A stretch of 64,000 nt of DNA, from positions 15,955 to 79,954 of the IMG/VR virus record IMGVR_UViG_3300034418_012737. One strand, 5' to 3'. The translations under genes were made by a program, and so were the position numbers. This document shows, piece after piece, positions 18,246 through 27,226 of this stretch (within the stretch, counting starts at the first letter, position 1; the number at the start of each line of letters is the position of its first letter). This DNA comes from a virus. A model generated the notes under the pieces. That model was given only the letters and a program-made list of their open reading frames with translations, did no database searches and was not told where the DNA came from.

Positions 18246-20330
18246 TCATTTAGTAGCTAAAATATCTGCAACTTTTTGCTTCATACTACTAACAGCAGTA
18301 GACCATGACTCTTCCTGATTATCTACGTTTTGAGGTTGACGACCTATACTAGAAGAATTTAGCCATTTGCGGATAGCAATAATACGTTCGGCTTCCTCAT
18401 CTTCAAATTGATTTGCTTGTGCATTTTTGATGTAATCGGATTTAGCACCCATATACCAAGCATCGTGTGTCCACCTTAATACTTCAACTTGACCTCCTAA
18501 TTGTCCTTCGGTATTACCCGTAGTGTAATAAAGGTTTACATTGACTCCAATGGTTTCGGGTAAACTAATAAAATATTCGGCTTGTTTTACCGCTTCATTA
18601 AAAGTCATATCTTCTTCAATTTCATAACGAGAATCATGTACAAACTTACCACCTTGCTTATCCGTGCTCATAGTACGTACTTTGAAAACAAAAACGTGAG
18701 GATATTTAGTATATTTATCAAGTCCTTGAGTAAAAGTTTGGATTGATCCTTCTTCTAAATTTTCTTTAACATCCTTTGATACAACAGCTTTGAATTTGAC
18801 ACCGGGGCGGTCCATAAATCCTCCATTTATTTTTTTAGCTTGAGCATCGGCAGCTTCTTTAGTGTTATGTATGTTCTGTTCGGTTGTTGTACCGTTTTTC
18901 GATATAGTAACCATGTACTTTTCTTCATTAAGATTTTCTTTAACCAAGTCACTAGCAGCATACATTCCTTTACCACCTGGACCACCTTTAACAGGGAACA
19001 CTATTTCTTTACCACCAGCACCTAATCTGTTAGATTTCATAAATTTACCGGGGCCAGTAATGGTCATAGGAAGTTTTTTACCACCTTTTACATTTTTAAA
19101 ATAAACAGTATCACCTTTTTTAAACTTGAGTTGATCATCAGCATACTTTTGTTTTTCATTAAGTGACTCTTCTCTAAGACCATAATCTTTAGGAACTCTA
19201 ATTTCATTTCCTTTACTACCATATATAGGATGTCCTTGAACATAATTGTAGGTGTGTAATTGTTCTTTACTGTTAAAAATAACACAATAATATTCAATTC
19301 CCATATTTACATAAGCAGACCCATTCCATTCTCCGACAAATTTAGCTTTGCTTAAATAATCTTCTTTAGGCACCCATGCTATAGGTTTACTGCTTTTAAA
19401 ATCTACACCTTTATTATCTAAATGTCTAAAGTCTTCTCTAAGATCATACTCATTAGCAGCAGCAGAAATTGCATTATAAGCATCAAGAACGTTAGTGCTA
19501 GGATTAATATTAACCCCAAACTTATTTGCTTGACTTAAAAGATCCTTATATTTCTCATACTTGTCAGGATACTCGGTAAAAAATTGGATAACATTCCAAT
19601 CCCCTTTAATACCAGTAGCTTTAGCATAGCCTAGAGAACCTAATGTGCTAGTATCAAGTTTAAGAGGAATAATAGCTTGGAACATATTTTTAATACCACG
19701 CAATGGGTTTCTCTCAGCGTTTGATTCTCCCAAGAAGGCTTCTAAAATAACATCATTCTCATGTAGATCCGTATATCCTTCTATCTCATTCTCTAACCTA
19801 CTACGTACCTCCCTTATCTTACCAAAGAGGTCATCTTGTTCGTCTCTCCAATCCTGTTCGTATTCAATCTCGTCGGCATAATCAAGTTCTTTATCGGTTG
19901 GATCGTAGTACCCTTCCTCAAAATTACGATCGGAGCTACCACCGGGCTCGCTAGCTTTAAAACCAGCATCCTTGATTTTAGCCATGTGCATGTCCATGTA
20001 TTCTTTGGCTTTTTTACGCACACCTAACTTTTCGGCAATGTTGAGGATTTCGGTATATAACCGTGTTACATCGTCATTATATTCATCAACCGTGATTCCC
20101 ATAGAACCCAGTGCTTTGCGCTCTAAATTGAAAAATTTACGGTGTTTTATAGCGAAGTTCAATACGGTAGGGGCAGTGTTGCTAAATCCCTGGTGGACAA
20201 TAGCTTGGTTTTGAACCAATTTATGAGCGCTGGGACATATATCGGAGAAGTTAAATGTTTCACCCATGATGGTGAAATCGGGCATAGTATTCTCGGATAA
20301 AAATTTTCTAAAGTTATTTAATTCTTTCAT
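18246..20330 (-). CDS. Putative internal head protein or polyprotein
   Basis: MKELNNFRKFLSE leader; several internal LxE-type sites. Confidence 0.6.
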   Translation of the reverse strand: MKELNNFRKFLSENTMPDFTIMGETFNFSDICPSAHKLVQNQAIVHQGFSNTAPTVLNFAIKHRKFFNLERKALGSMGITVDEYNDDVTRLYTEILNIAEKLGVRKKAKEYMDMHMAKIKDAGFKASEPGGSSDRNFEEGYYDPTDKELDYADEIEYEQDWRDEQDDLFGKIREVRSRLENEIEGYTDLHENDVILEAFLGESNAERNPLRGIKNMFQAIIPLKLDTSTLGSLGYAKATGIKGDWNVIQFFTEYPDKYEKYKDLLSQANKFGVNINPSTNVLDAYNAISAAANEYDLREDFRHLDNKGVDFKSSKPIAWVPKEDYLSKAKFVGEWNGSAYVNMGIEYYCVIFNSKEQLHTYNYVQGHPIYGSKGNEIRVPKDYGLREESLNEKQKYADDQLKFKKGDTVYFKNVKGGKKLPMTITGPGKFMKSNRLGAGGKEIVFPVKGGPGGKGMYAASDLVKENLNEEKYMVTISKNGTTTEQNIHNTKEAADAQAKKINGGFMDRPGVKFKAVVSKDVKENLEEGSIQTFTQGLDKYTKYPHVFVFKVRTMSTDKQGGKFVHDSRYEIEEDMTFNEAVKQAEYFISLPETIGVNVNLYYTTGNTEGQLGGQVEVLRWTHDAWYMGAKSDYIKNAQANQFEDEEAERIIAIRKWLNSSSIGRQPQNVDNQEESWSTAVSSMKQKVADILATK

Positions 20331-20339
20331 TCTAAATCG

Positions 20340-20594
20340 TCAATTTAATTTATTATCTGCTACTATATATCTAAGTGCCCTAGCAATCTCTGCTTTTCCT
20401 CCTGGACAGTGTTCGGTCCTGAGGAGGAGATCAAACTCGGCTACTAGCTTTTCTAAAGCTTCTTGAGTACTCATATGAGCAGCAATGAGTTTCACATTGT
20501 TATCAATATCATCATCCGCTGCTTCTTCAATTACTTCATCAAGTGCTTTATCGTTTTCCTGTAGAAATTTTCTAAATGTGTTTAGTTCTTCCAT
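20340..20594 (-). CDS. Putative internal head protein
   Basis: MEELNTFRKFLQE leader. Confidence 0.6.
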   Translation of the reverse strand: MEELNTFRKFLQENDKALDEVIEEAADDDIDNNVKLIAAHMSTQEALEKLVAEFDLLLRTEHCPGGKAEIARALRYIVADNKLN

Positions 20595-20610
20595 GTTGTT
20601 TTATGTGTTC

Positions 20611-21111
20611 TTATTTTATATATGTAAATAAATTCCCATTTTTAATTTCATAAGTATAGGTTTTATTATTTTCTTCATATGAAACTAAACCACCCATTTC
20701 TTCAACGGCTTTTTTTATAACTTCTTCTACAATACGGGCGTTACCTGCAGCTATTAAACCTACTGTAATAGGGTCATTAGGGGTTTTCCCTCTTTGTTTC
20801 CTTTTAGTGTCTTTTTTTAAAGCTACCTCCCAATCATTTAATACCATTTTTGTTACATTAAAGGGAGTGGGGGTGACCATCCATATATTATGTTTTATAG
20901 TATCTATAAGTTCACGCCATGTTTCTTTATTAGCACCTGCCCAATTCATTGAGTGGCTTAGGTTTTTTGCTATAGATAGGAGTTCTTGTTTTTTAGAGTT
21001 TTTTTTAAAAGGCCCAAAAAATTCTTGAATTGATTCCCTAGCAACTGATCTATTCCTAGTAAACGCTGGGGATTCATTAAGGAATTTTCTAAATGCTTTT
21101 AGCTCTTTCAT
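20611..21111 (-). CDS. Putative internal head protein
   Basis: MKELKAFRKFLNE leader. Confidence 0.6.
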   Translation of the reverse strand: MKELKAFRKFLNESPAFTRNRSVARESIQEFFGPFKKNSKKQELLSIAKNLSHSMNWAGANKETWRELIDTIKHNIWMVTPTPFNVTKMVLNDWEVALKKDTKRKQRGKTPNDPITVGLIAAGNARIVEEVIKKAVEEMGGLVSYEENNKTYTYEIKNGNLFTYIK

Positions 21112-21116
21112 GTTGT

Positions 21117-21413
21117 TTAATAGTTGTCTATTCCAAAGTCGGCAATGTTGCCTTTAAATAACTCTTGTTCTTCGGGGTCTAACTTTTCAAATGGAACGCT
21201 TAACTCCATTGAGTTGTAGTACTCATATGAGTCTACATAATTGTCTTTCATATACTGGTCGGCCATTGTTTCTGCTTCCTCATTGCTGTTTGCTGCAACG
21301 TAAAGAGTTACCTCTAGTCCTTCCATTTCGTCTTGGTATTTGACGCTATAAATGGTTTGGTCCGGAGCAATGTTTTCGGCTAAGAACTTTCTAAAGACGT
21401 TTAATTCTTTCAT
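21117..21413 (-). CDS. Putative internal head protein (start corrected to MKELNVF)
   Basis: MKELNVFRKFLAE leader; ATG at 21413 follows the upstream stop. Confidence 0.6.
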   Translation of the reverse strand: MKELNVFRKFLAENIAPDQTIYSVKYQDEMEGLEVTLYVAANSNEEAETMADQYMKDNYVDSYEYYNSMELSVPFEKLDPEEQELFKGNIADFGIDNY

Positions 21414-21414
21414 A

Positions 21415-21822
21415 TTAGATAGCTTGTCCAATCAAATCTCCTTGCCCGTTTACTGAGTAAACAAAAGTAAGGTCTGGTACACCGTCACCTTTACTTACGT
21501 ATGATACTTCACCCCCTAAGCTTTTAACAGCGGCTGCAATTTCTTTTGCTGCTTCTAAATCTCTCATAAGGTCGTCGTAGTCATCACTATCTTTATCTTC
21601 TTCTGTTTCAAAGTATGAAAGCTCCTCTTCGAGTTCATCCATTACGTTTACTGGTGGGGATACATCATCTCCACTTCCAAATTGTGCTACGCGGGTAAAT
21701 TCACCACTTGCAATAACATCTTTGGCGTGTTCCCCTTTTACGGCCTTCTCTAAATCATCAAGTGAGGCTTCGTTGATTTGTCCTTCTGCGAGGAATTTTC
21801 TAAATGCGTGTAATTCTTTCAT
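21415..21822 (-). CDS. Putative internal head protein
   Basis: MKELHAFRKFLAE leader. Confidence 0.6.
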   Translation of the reverse strand: MKELHAFRKFLAEGQINEASLDDLEKAVKGEHAKDVIASGEFTRVAQFGSGDDVSPPVNVMDELEEELSYFETEEDKDSDDYDDLMRDLEAAKEIAAAVKSLGGEVSYVSKGDGVPDLTFVYSVNGQGDLIGQAI

Positions 21823-21843
21823 TTTATTAGTAATTTCATTTTA

Positions 21844-22428
21844 TTAGTAACTTTGAGGGTATTCACCACTAGTAACCCAAAGTTGAAGTGCTAAGAGTCC
21901 ATATTTGTCTGCAATACGGTCAAGTTCTGCCATAGCTTTTGAGTCGTTATTTAAGTCGTAAAGGGGGTTGCCTGGCTTACTAATGTCCATATACTCGTTT
22001 ACCTCTTCACCTTCGTTGGTTGGTACTTCAAATGTTTCTCTGGATTGGGTAAACAAATCATCTCCTTTAACGTAGTAGTTATATGATTGCCCCATTTCCC
22101 CGTAAGAAACTGGTCCTATTTTCTTAACGGCATTTTTAATGATGATTATAGCATCAAGGTCCAATTGTGCTTCTTCTATTTCTTCCTCATCATCTGTACT
22201 GTTTCTAACGGCGTTGAGCTCCTCAACGGCCTCTTGAGTTTGGTTAGTTGCGGGATATGTTCCTTCTTCTGGGAAGAAAGCACCATCCTCCATCATGTCC
22301 ATTGCTTTTTGATGTGCTGGGCTGCTGCCCATAGCTTCAACGGTATCGAAGAGCTTATCGAGTGACTCTTGACCAAATTCTCCTCTATCTTCTGCGAGGA
22401 ATTTTCTGAATGCGTTTAATTCTTTCAT
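21844..22428 (-). CDS. Putative internal head protein
   Basis: MKELNAFRKFLAE leader. Confidence 0.6.
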   Translation of the reverse strand: MKELNAFRKFLAEDRGEFGQESLDKLFDTVEAMGSSPAHQKAMDMMEDGAFFPEEGTYPATNQTQEAVEELNAVRNSTDDEEEIEEAQLDLDAIIIIKNAVKKIGPVSYGEMGQSYNYYVKGDDLFTQSRETFEVPTNEGEEVNEYMDISKPGNPLYDLNNDSKAMAELDRIADKYGLLALQLWVTSGEYPQSY

Positions 22429-22565
22429 TTTTTACAAATTTTGTTTGATGTGTAGTTTTCTAATACGTTTGGAAGCCAAGCGTGAATTAAAAGCGCTACA
22501 CCACATGTTGTTGCGTGCCACCAATGCTGAAAATAATTCATTTTAGCTTCTTGCAAATGCTTCAT
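22425..22565 (-). CDS. Small protein, DUF6356-like (46 aa, not in the ORF track)
   Basis: MKHLQEAKMNYFQHWWHA...LLIHAWLP; ATGA overlap with the next gene; TTTG-N20-TATATTTA upstream. Confidence 0.6.
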   Translation of the reverse strand: MKHLQEAKMNYFQHWWHATTCGVALLIHAWLPNVLENYTSNKICKK

Positions 22566-22694
22566 GATGATAAATATAATGAGGAGAGTGAAGGTATCCA
22601 AAGAAAATGGCGCGGGTCATGGTAGGGTCATGGTGGAGAGGTATGAGATATTTGTATATACTTTTGCTCTGGGCCTATAGTTATTTACGCTCTA

Positions 22695-22830
22695 AAAATC
22701 ACCCTACACTACTATACCGGTATATGGCCCGTCGATGGACATCAGCGCCGGTGGGGTACGTGGCCGGTACGTACGGCGTACGCCCGCCCGGGTAGGGCAC
22801 CCGGCCATAGCCGGGCACCCACCCATTGAT
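22695..22830. other. GC-rich non-coding palindrome island
   Basis: TATACCGGTATA, GTACGTAC, GGCGTACGCC, CCCGGC-CATA-GCCGGG, two GGGCACCC and six CCGG. Confidence 0.7.
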
Positions 22831-22864
22831 AACCCTCACCACAAAGGTCATCACCCAAACTTTT

Positions 22865-23605
22865 TTAAGCGTTCATTGGAGCCTCATAGAGGTAATTCAC
22901 ACGGTTGTGGAGGTTGAGGTTAAAGAACAACTTGTTCATGTTACCACCACGACGGTTCTTGCTAAAGTACAAATACCGACCACCGGTTTCGCTATCATGC
23001 TTCAAGTGACCCATGGCAGTGGCCATGTGCTTGATCCGGTTTGAACCAGCAAACGAACCACTCTTAGTGACTTGATTAATCATCATGAAACACGTATTCA
23101 CCTTACCCTTATTACGACCAAGGTTATGGTCCTCAAGCAGGTTGAGGATCTTCGTTGTCGCACCCTTAAACGTGCCACCGAACTTATCCTGAACCGCAAC
23201 TGCAACCTCCTGAAGGCTGTCAATCAACACACAATCATAACCATCCGCAAGGACCGTCTCGAGCACCTCCATCGGACACTCATCAGCGTAATCACCCATA
23301 AACAGGATCGGCAAATCACCGAACTTGGGGAAACGCTTCACGTAACCGACCATGTCGATTGCGTTCATCTCACCTGAAATGAACAGACACTTCTTGCCTG
23401 CCTTATTCAAGTCACCGAGCACATCAAGCAACACGGTGGTTTTTCCAACACCGGGATCACCGGTAATAACAACATTAGTTCCAGGCATGAGACCATTGTC
23501 TCCGCTGAAAAACTCATCGACCTTCCGACCCGTCTTCAACGGATTGAACAGGTTAGCCTCGAAATTCAGGCTATTCATCTTGGTGGTGGTGACTTTAATT
23601 GCCAT
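22865..23605 (-). CDS. RadA/Sms-like RecA-fold ATPase (ATPase core only)
   Basis: Walker A GDPGVGKTT, ISGE, Walker B LIDSLQ, QVTKSGSFAG and KNRRG (cf. RadA KNRFG). Confidence 0.8.
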   Translation of the reverse strand: MAIKVTTTKMNSLNFEANLFNPLKTGRKVDEFFSGDNGLMPGTNVVITGDPGVGKTTVLLDVLGDLNKAGKKCLFISGEMNAIDMVGYVKRFPKFGDLPILFMGDYADECPMEVLETVLADGYDCVLIDSLQEVAVAVQDKFGGTFKGATTKILNLLEDHNLGRNKGKVNTCFMMINQVTKSGSFAGSNRIKHMATAMGHLKHDSETGGRYLYFSKNRRGGNMNKLFFNLNLHNRVNYLYEAPMNA

Positions 23606-23649
23606 TTTGGGTTTGGGTTTTTGGGTTTTTTACTTTTCTCGTTTCGGCC

Positions 23650-23718
23650 GTAACCTTACTCCATGAATATACGAACGATTGTCCGCAAATCCACAATTTC
23701 AGATGACGTCAAAATGAC
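23650..23718 (-). promoter_or_regulatory. Promoter cassette copy
   Basis: + strand TGAATATACGAA-N27-ATGAC-N6-ATGAC. Confidence 0.85.
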
Positions 23719-23969
23719 GCCATCTCGAAGGTCTCGTACTTGTCGATCTTTCCATCCAGCTGGAAATCCAGTGCATTAAGCATAACTGCATTTTCCCTCA
23801 TGATGCACTGCTCCACCTCCCACTTCAACATCACAGCATCAAGTTGGGTAAAACGACCATGATCACGCTTATGGGTTTCAATCCACATTTCAAATGCTTT
23901 AAAATCACCTTTGTGGTAATTGAATGCTGCTTCCTTAATCGTGATGGGGGATTGAACGTTGTTTTCCAT
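23709..23969 (-). CDS. Hypothetical protein
   Basis: Single ORF bracketed by two promoter cassettes. Confidence 0.6.
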   Translation of the reverse strand: MENNVQSPITIKEAAFNYHKGDFKAFEMWIETHKRDHGRFTQLDAVMLKWEVEQCIMRENAVMLNALDFQLDGKIDKYETFEMASF

Positions 23970-24044
23970 GTCGCTGTAACTTTACCCCATGAATATACGA
24001 AATGGGGCCCGGGCCCCCAAATTTTCGTATGACTTTGAAATGAC
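23970..24044 (-). promoter_or_regulatory. Promoter cassette copy with palindromic spacer GGGGCCCGGGCCCC
   Basis: Minus strand GTCAT-N6-GTCAT..TTTG-N20-TATATTCA. Confidence 0.85.
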
Positions 24045-24166
24045 GAAAAAAAGATATATCCTTCGACCTATTTAGGTTGGGGCCCCGGGGGAGGGGGTTT
24101 TACATCAAAACACTCCGTGTTAGATAACACTCCCCCGGTCTGTCACATACCACACATAACCCTTAT

Positions 24167-24424
24167 TCACCCAACATCCTCACTCACCCTTGTGTCACCC
24201 TTTACCCTTGACATGTCACCCTTGAAATACTCATTTAAAAACTCCACAGGATACAGATGAACGTTCCCATGATACGCAGGATTGGAGATAAACCGTTGTT
24301 GAAATTCAATTTTTTTCTCCACGGCGGATTTATTTACCTCCGCTCCCAATTGTTGTCCAGCTGCTCTACCGAGGTAATCATACAGCGACATGTAGATAGT
24401 ATCTTGTTCCATTGTGATATTCAT
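24167..24424 (-). CDS. Hypothetical protein
   Basis: SLYDYLGRAAG...V.LYP..FL.EYF. Confidence 0.6.
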   Translation of the reverse strand: MNITMEQDTIYMSLYDYLGRAAGQQLGAEVNKSAVEKKIEFQQRFISNPAYHGNVHLYPVEFLNEYFKGDMSRVKGDTRVSEDVG

Positions 24425-24726
24425 TTACTATTAATTATTTTATCCCCCCACGCTTCATTCTTCCACGGATCATACCGATCTGGATTCATCACCTCATCCA
24501 CCTTATCCATCATTTCATTCATCCGCTGTTGAAATTTACAGCTCCATTTCAGTTCAATGAGGGTTTCCAGCTGTTGGTTACAGTTTTCAGTCATTTCCTC
24601 CAAGCGTTTGATATTAGTAGTGTTTTGCTCTCTAGTATCCTTAACACGTTGAATTTGCTTCTCCAACTCAACGATCTGTTCCTCAAGACTCATCGCCTTG
24701 ACTTCTTCAATATTAAATTTACTCAT
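24421..24726 (-). CDS. Hypothetical coiled-coil protein
   Basis: ORF in operon. Confidence 0.55.
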   Translation of the reverse strand: MSKFNIEEVKAMSLEEQIVELEKQIQRVKDTREQNTTNIKRLEEMTENCNQQLETLIELKWSCKFQQRMNEMMDKVDEVMNPDRYDPWKNEAWGDKIINSK

Positions 24727-25098
24727 TATTAAAAGCTTTGAGCGTATGACACAATATCACCCTCCCAATCCTCACCAACTTCAGTAAACAGTTGAATCAT
24801 TTTCTGCCTATACTGTTCATCTCTTTCATTACTAGCACCAACGTGAATGTTCTCCAAACAATCAATGAGATCTTGATAGGTGTTCTCAAACCTGCAATAG
24901 CACATATTAGGCATCTTTAACAATATTTTCAAGTGTATCGTGTACTCCCTTCAGTGCACCAAGTGCCTGTCCAAACAAACTATGGAGCAGGAAGTCATCT
25001 TCTCTATTATCGTAAGCACTATCCAATTCGGCAACTACCTCCTCGATGTACTTAATCTGGTTTTCAATTCTATTTCTATCCATTTTTCCTATATTTTC

Positions 25099-25665
25099 TT
25101 ATTTACATTCAACAACCCAATTCACTCGGCGGTACAACCCCCAATACTTTTCCTGAGTATTTCCATATAACACACCATCAACAACTGCAACTGCGTGCCT
25201 TTCTACAATCACAAAAAACCGTCCTTTAGGATGTGTTTCCATAAATGACTTCAACGTGTAACCTACTTTTTTGTTCTTGTAACGTGGGTTAGTGATCGTT
25301 TTGAATCCTCTAGGTCCCATAATCCACTTCTTATCGGGATGACAACCATAAGCACTCAGCTTATAACCATTTTTCACCTTACCCAACACATTCACAATAT
25401 TAACAGCAGTGTAAGTACCGCGCTTAAATTTTCGATTCATATGCTTCTTCACCCACCCATGAGCAACATCATAACTAACATCTAGTACAGCCATAAACGC
25501 TCTAACTACGCAATCATTGTCCTCTCTTGTGGCCAAGTTGCTTTGACTCACTGCAATCTTATGGGAGTCTTGGAACTTATTATCCAAAATCATCTCCCGC
25601 TCTGCCCACCTAGCTCTCAGGCCCTTACCAACCAACGTTTGGGTTTTGTGTGTGACTTTCTCCAT
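25099..25665 (-). CDS. Hypothetical protein, possible Cys-His peptidase fold (start uncertain)
   Basis: NDCVVRA...HAVAVVDG. Confidence 0.45.
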   Translation of the reverse strand: MEKVTHKTQTLVGKGLRARWAEREMILDNKFQDSHKIAVSQSNLATREDNDCVVRAFMAVLDVSYDVAHGWVKKHMNRKFKRGTYTAVNIVNVLGKVKNGYKLSAYGCHPDKKWIMGPRGFKTITNPRYKNKKVGYTLKSFMETHPKGRFFVIVERHAVAVVDGVLYGNTQEKYWGLYRRVNWVVECK

Positions 25666-25676
25666 GATTCCTCTAA

Positions 25677-25934
25677 TTAAAGATTAACCGTTGCCATATA
25701 CTCATTGAGCTTTTCCTTCAAAATGTCGGCAAACTCCAAAACATGCTCACTCTCACACCCAAAAGTATCTACTTCAAACTTCCGAGTCACTTGGAACATC
25801 GTAGTGCTGAAACCATTGTTCTTAGGATGAACATACCAATAACCGTGTCCCTCATCATGAGCAATAAATCCTTTGCTGTCAATAAACTCGTGGAACATCC
25901 GAGTCACTTCTTGTTTTTTCTGCGTTTTTGTCAT
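25677..25934 (-). CDS. Hypothetical protein
   Basis: First gene after a promoter cassette. Confidence 0.6.
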   Translation of the reverse strand: MTKTQKKQEVTRMFHEFIDSKGFIAHDEGHGYWYVHPKNNGFSTTMFQVTRKFEVDTFGCESEHVLEFADILKEKLNEYMATVNL

Positions 25935-26009
25935 GTCGCTGTAACTTTACTCCGTGAATATACGAAAGGATTCTGGGTTCCACAAATTTTCAGATGACTT
26001 TAAGATGAC
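25935..26009 (-). promoter_or_regulatory. Promoter cassette copy
   Basis: TGAATATACGAA-N27-ATGAC-N6-ATGAC; leader GTCGCTGTAACTTTAC identical to the copy at 23970. Confidence 0.85.
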
Positions 26010-26300
26010 TTTAAATTAAAACTCACCCGTAAAATCACTCGCTGACAACACCCCATCACACAACAACCTGCCTGCAAATTGCTCAGGGGTCAAACACTCC
26101 CACGAGTTATACTCTTCAGCACTCATATGACCTTTATCCAAATCGTACTTCCAATAATCAAGGTGGGCTGTCTTTTCTTCCTCCAGATGCTCTTGGCTCA
26201 CTCCAGAAAGTTGTACTTTAGCTGTCACTTCGTACTCGGCGATTTGCTCTTTACTCATAATATTGGGGTTTTTGTTTTTTTGTTCTTGCTGCTGCTGCAA

Positions 26301-26365
26301 CCTTACTCCATGAATATACGAAAGGTTCTCCGCAATCCCAAAATTTAAGATGACGTCAACATGAC
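26301..26365 (-). promoter_or_regulatory. Promoter cassette copy
   Basis: TGAATATACGAA-N27-ATGAC-N6-ATGAC. Confidence 0.85.
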
Positions 26366-26809
26366 TAAAGATTTTTGTTTACTTAGTTTTCTGGCTTGCT
26401 TTAGTGTTTTATAAAAAGGGTGCTTAGTATTATTCTTTAAATTTAAAGGGAGGTTATGGGATTTTATCAATTGGAGTTCTTTTTCTTTATAGTTTGAGTA
26501 TAATTCATATTCCACCCTCATTTCTTCCCTTATAAATTTATCAACTATTGTTTTAGCAGTAACCATTTCTCCTACTAACAAAGCAGATAAAGTTTGTCTT
26601 AAAGTAGATACAAATCCCGATTTAATAGAAGAAGGAGCATGTTTATCATTATAGTGCCAATCTAATCTTTCGTTTAAATTCTTAGCTAACCCTATATAAA
26701 CAAGGTATTTGTGATCTTTCTCTAAACACTCACTTATATCAACCCCCATTTGTTTTGCCCCCCTTTCAGTTATGTACCAATAATATACCCCACTTTGTTT
26801 AGGAAACAT
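26345..26809 (-). CDS. GIY-YIG family nuclease
   Basis: SGVYYW...YIGLAKNLNERL..H, STLR and a conserved E and N. Confidence 0.75.
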   Translation of the reverse strand: MFPKQSGVYYWYITERGAKQMGVDISECLEKDHKYLVYIGLAKNLNERLDWHYNDKHAPSSIKSGFVSTLRQTLSALLVGEMVTAKTIVDKFIREEMRVEYELYSNYKEKELQLIKSHNLPLNLKNNTKHPFYKTLKQARKLSKQKSLVMLTSS

Positions 26810-27113
26810 AAATTCTATACTTTAAATTAAATGTTGCAAGTAGAAAACCTGCCACCATTAGAATAGGTAAAGCTCCATCAATGGGTATTGATGAATCATA
26901 ACAGGGATCACTAGGGTTAAAACACCAATTGGGTGGATTATTAGTTTGACAAGCAGCACACCCTAAATTAGGATCCATAGCTTGTACTGAGTACCCTTCC
27001 CTATCAATATAGTACTCATCTAATTGGGTGTTGAAGGCATTTCCATCAACACCTTTATACATTATTGAGTTTTCCTGTAGGAACTTATCGAGGGGACCTT
27101 GTTGGTTATCCAT
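26799..27113 (-). CDS. Small protein with PID-CTERM-like C-terminal anchor
   Basis: IPIDGALPILMVAGFLLATFNLKYR; ATG at 27113 preferred over the TTG start in the track. Confidence 0.55.
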   Translation of the reverse strand: MDNQQGPLDKFLQENSIMYKGVDGNAFNTQLDEYYIDREGYSVQAMDPNLGCAACQTNNPPNWCFNPSDPCYDSSIPIDGALPILMVAGFLLATFNLKYRIYVS

Positions 27114-27226
27114 ATTAAAACAATTTACGCAAGTAATCAACTAAACAATACAGGGCAAATCCACATGCTGCAGCCACACCCACAAAATAAAGGATGTTTA
27201 CAATAAAATAAATATTCTCGTGCATA

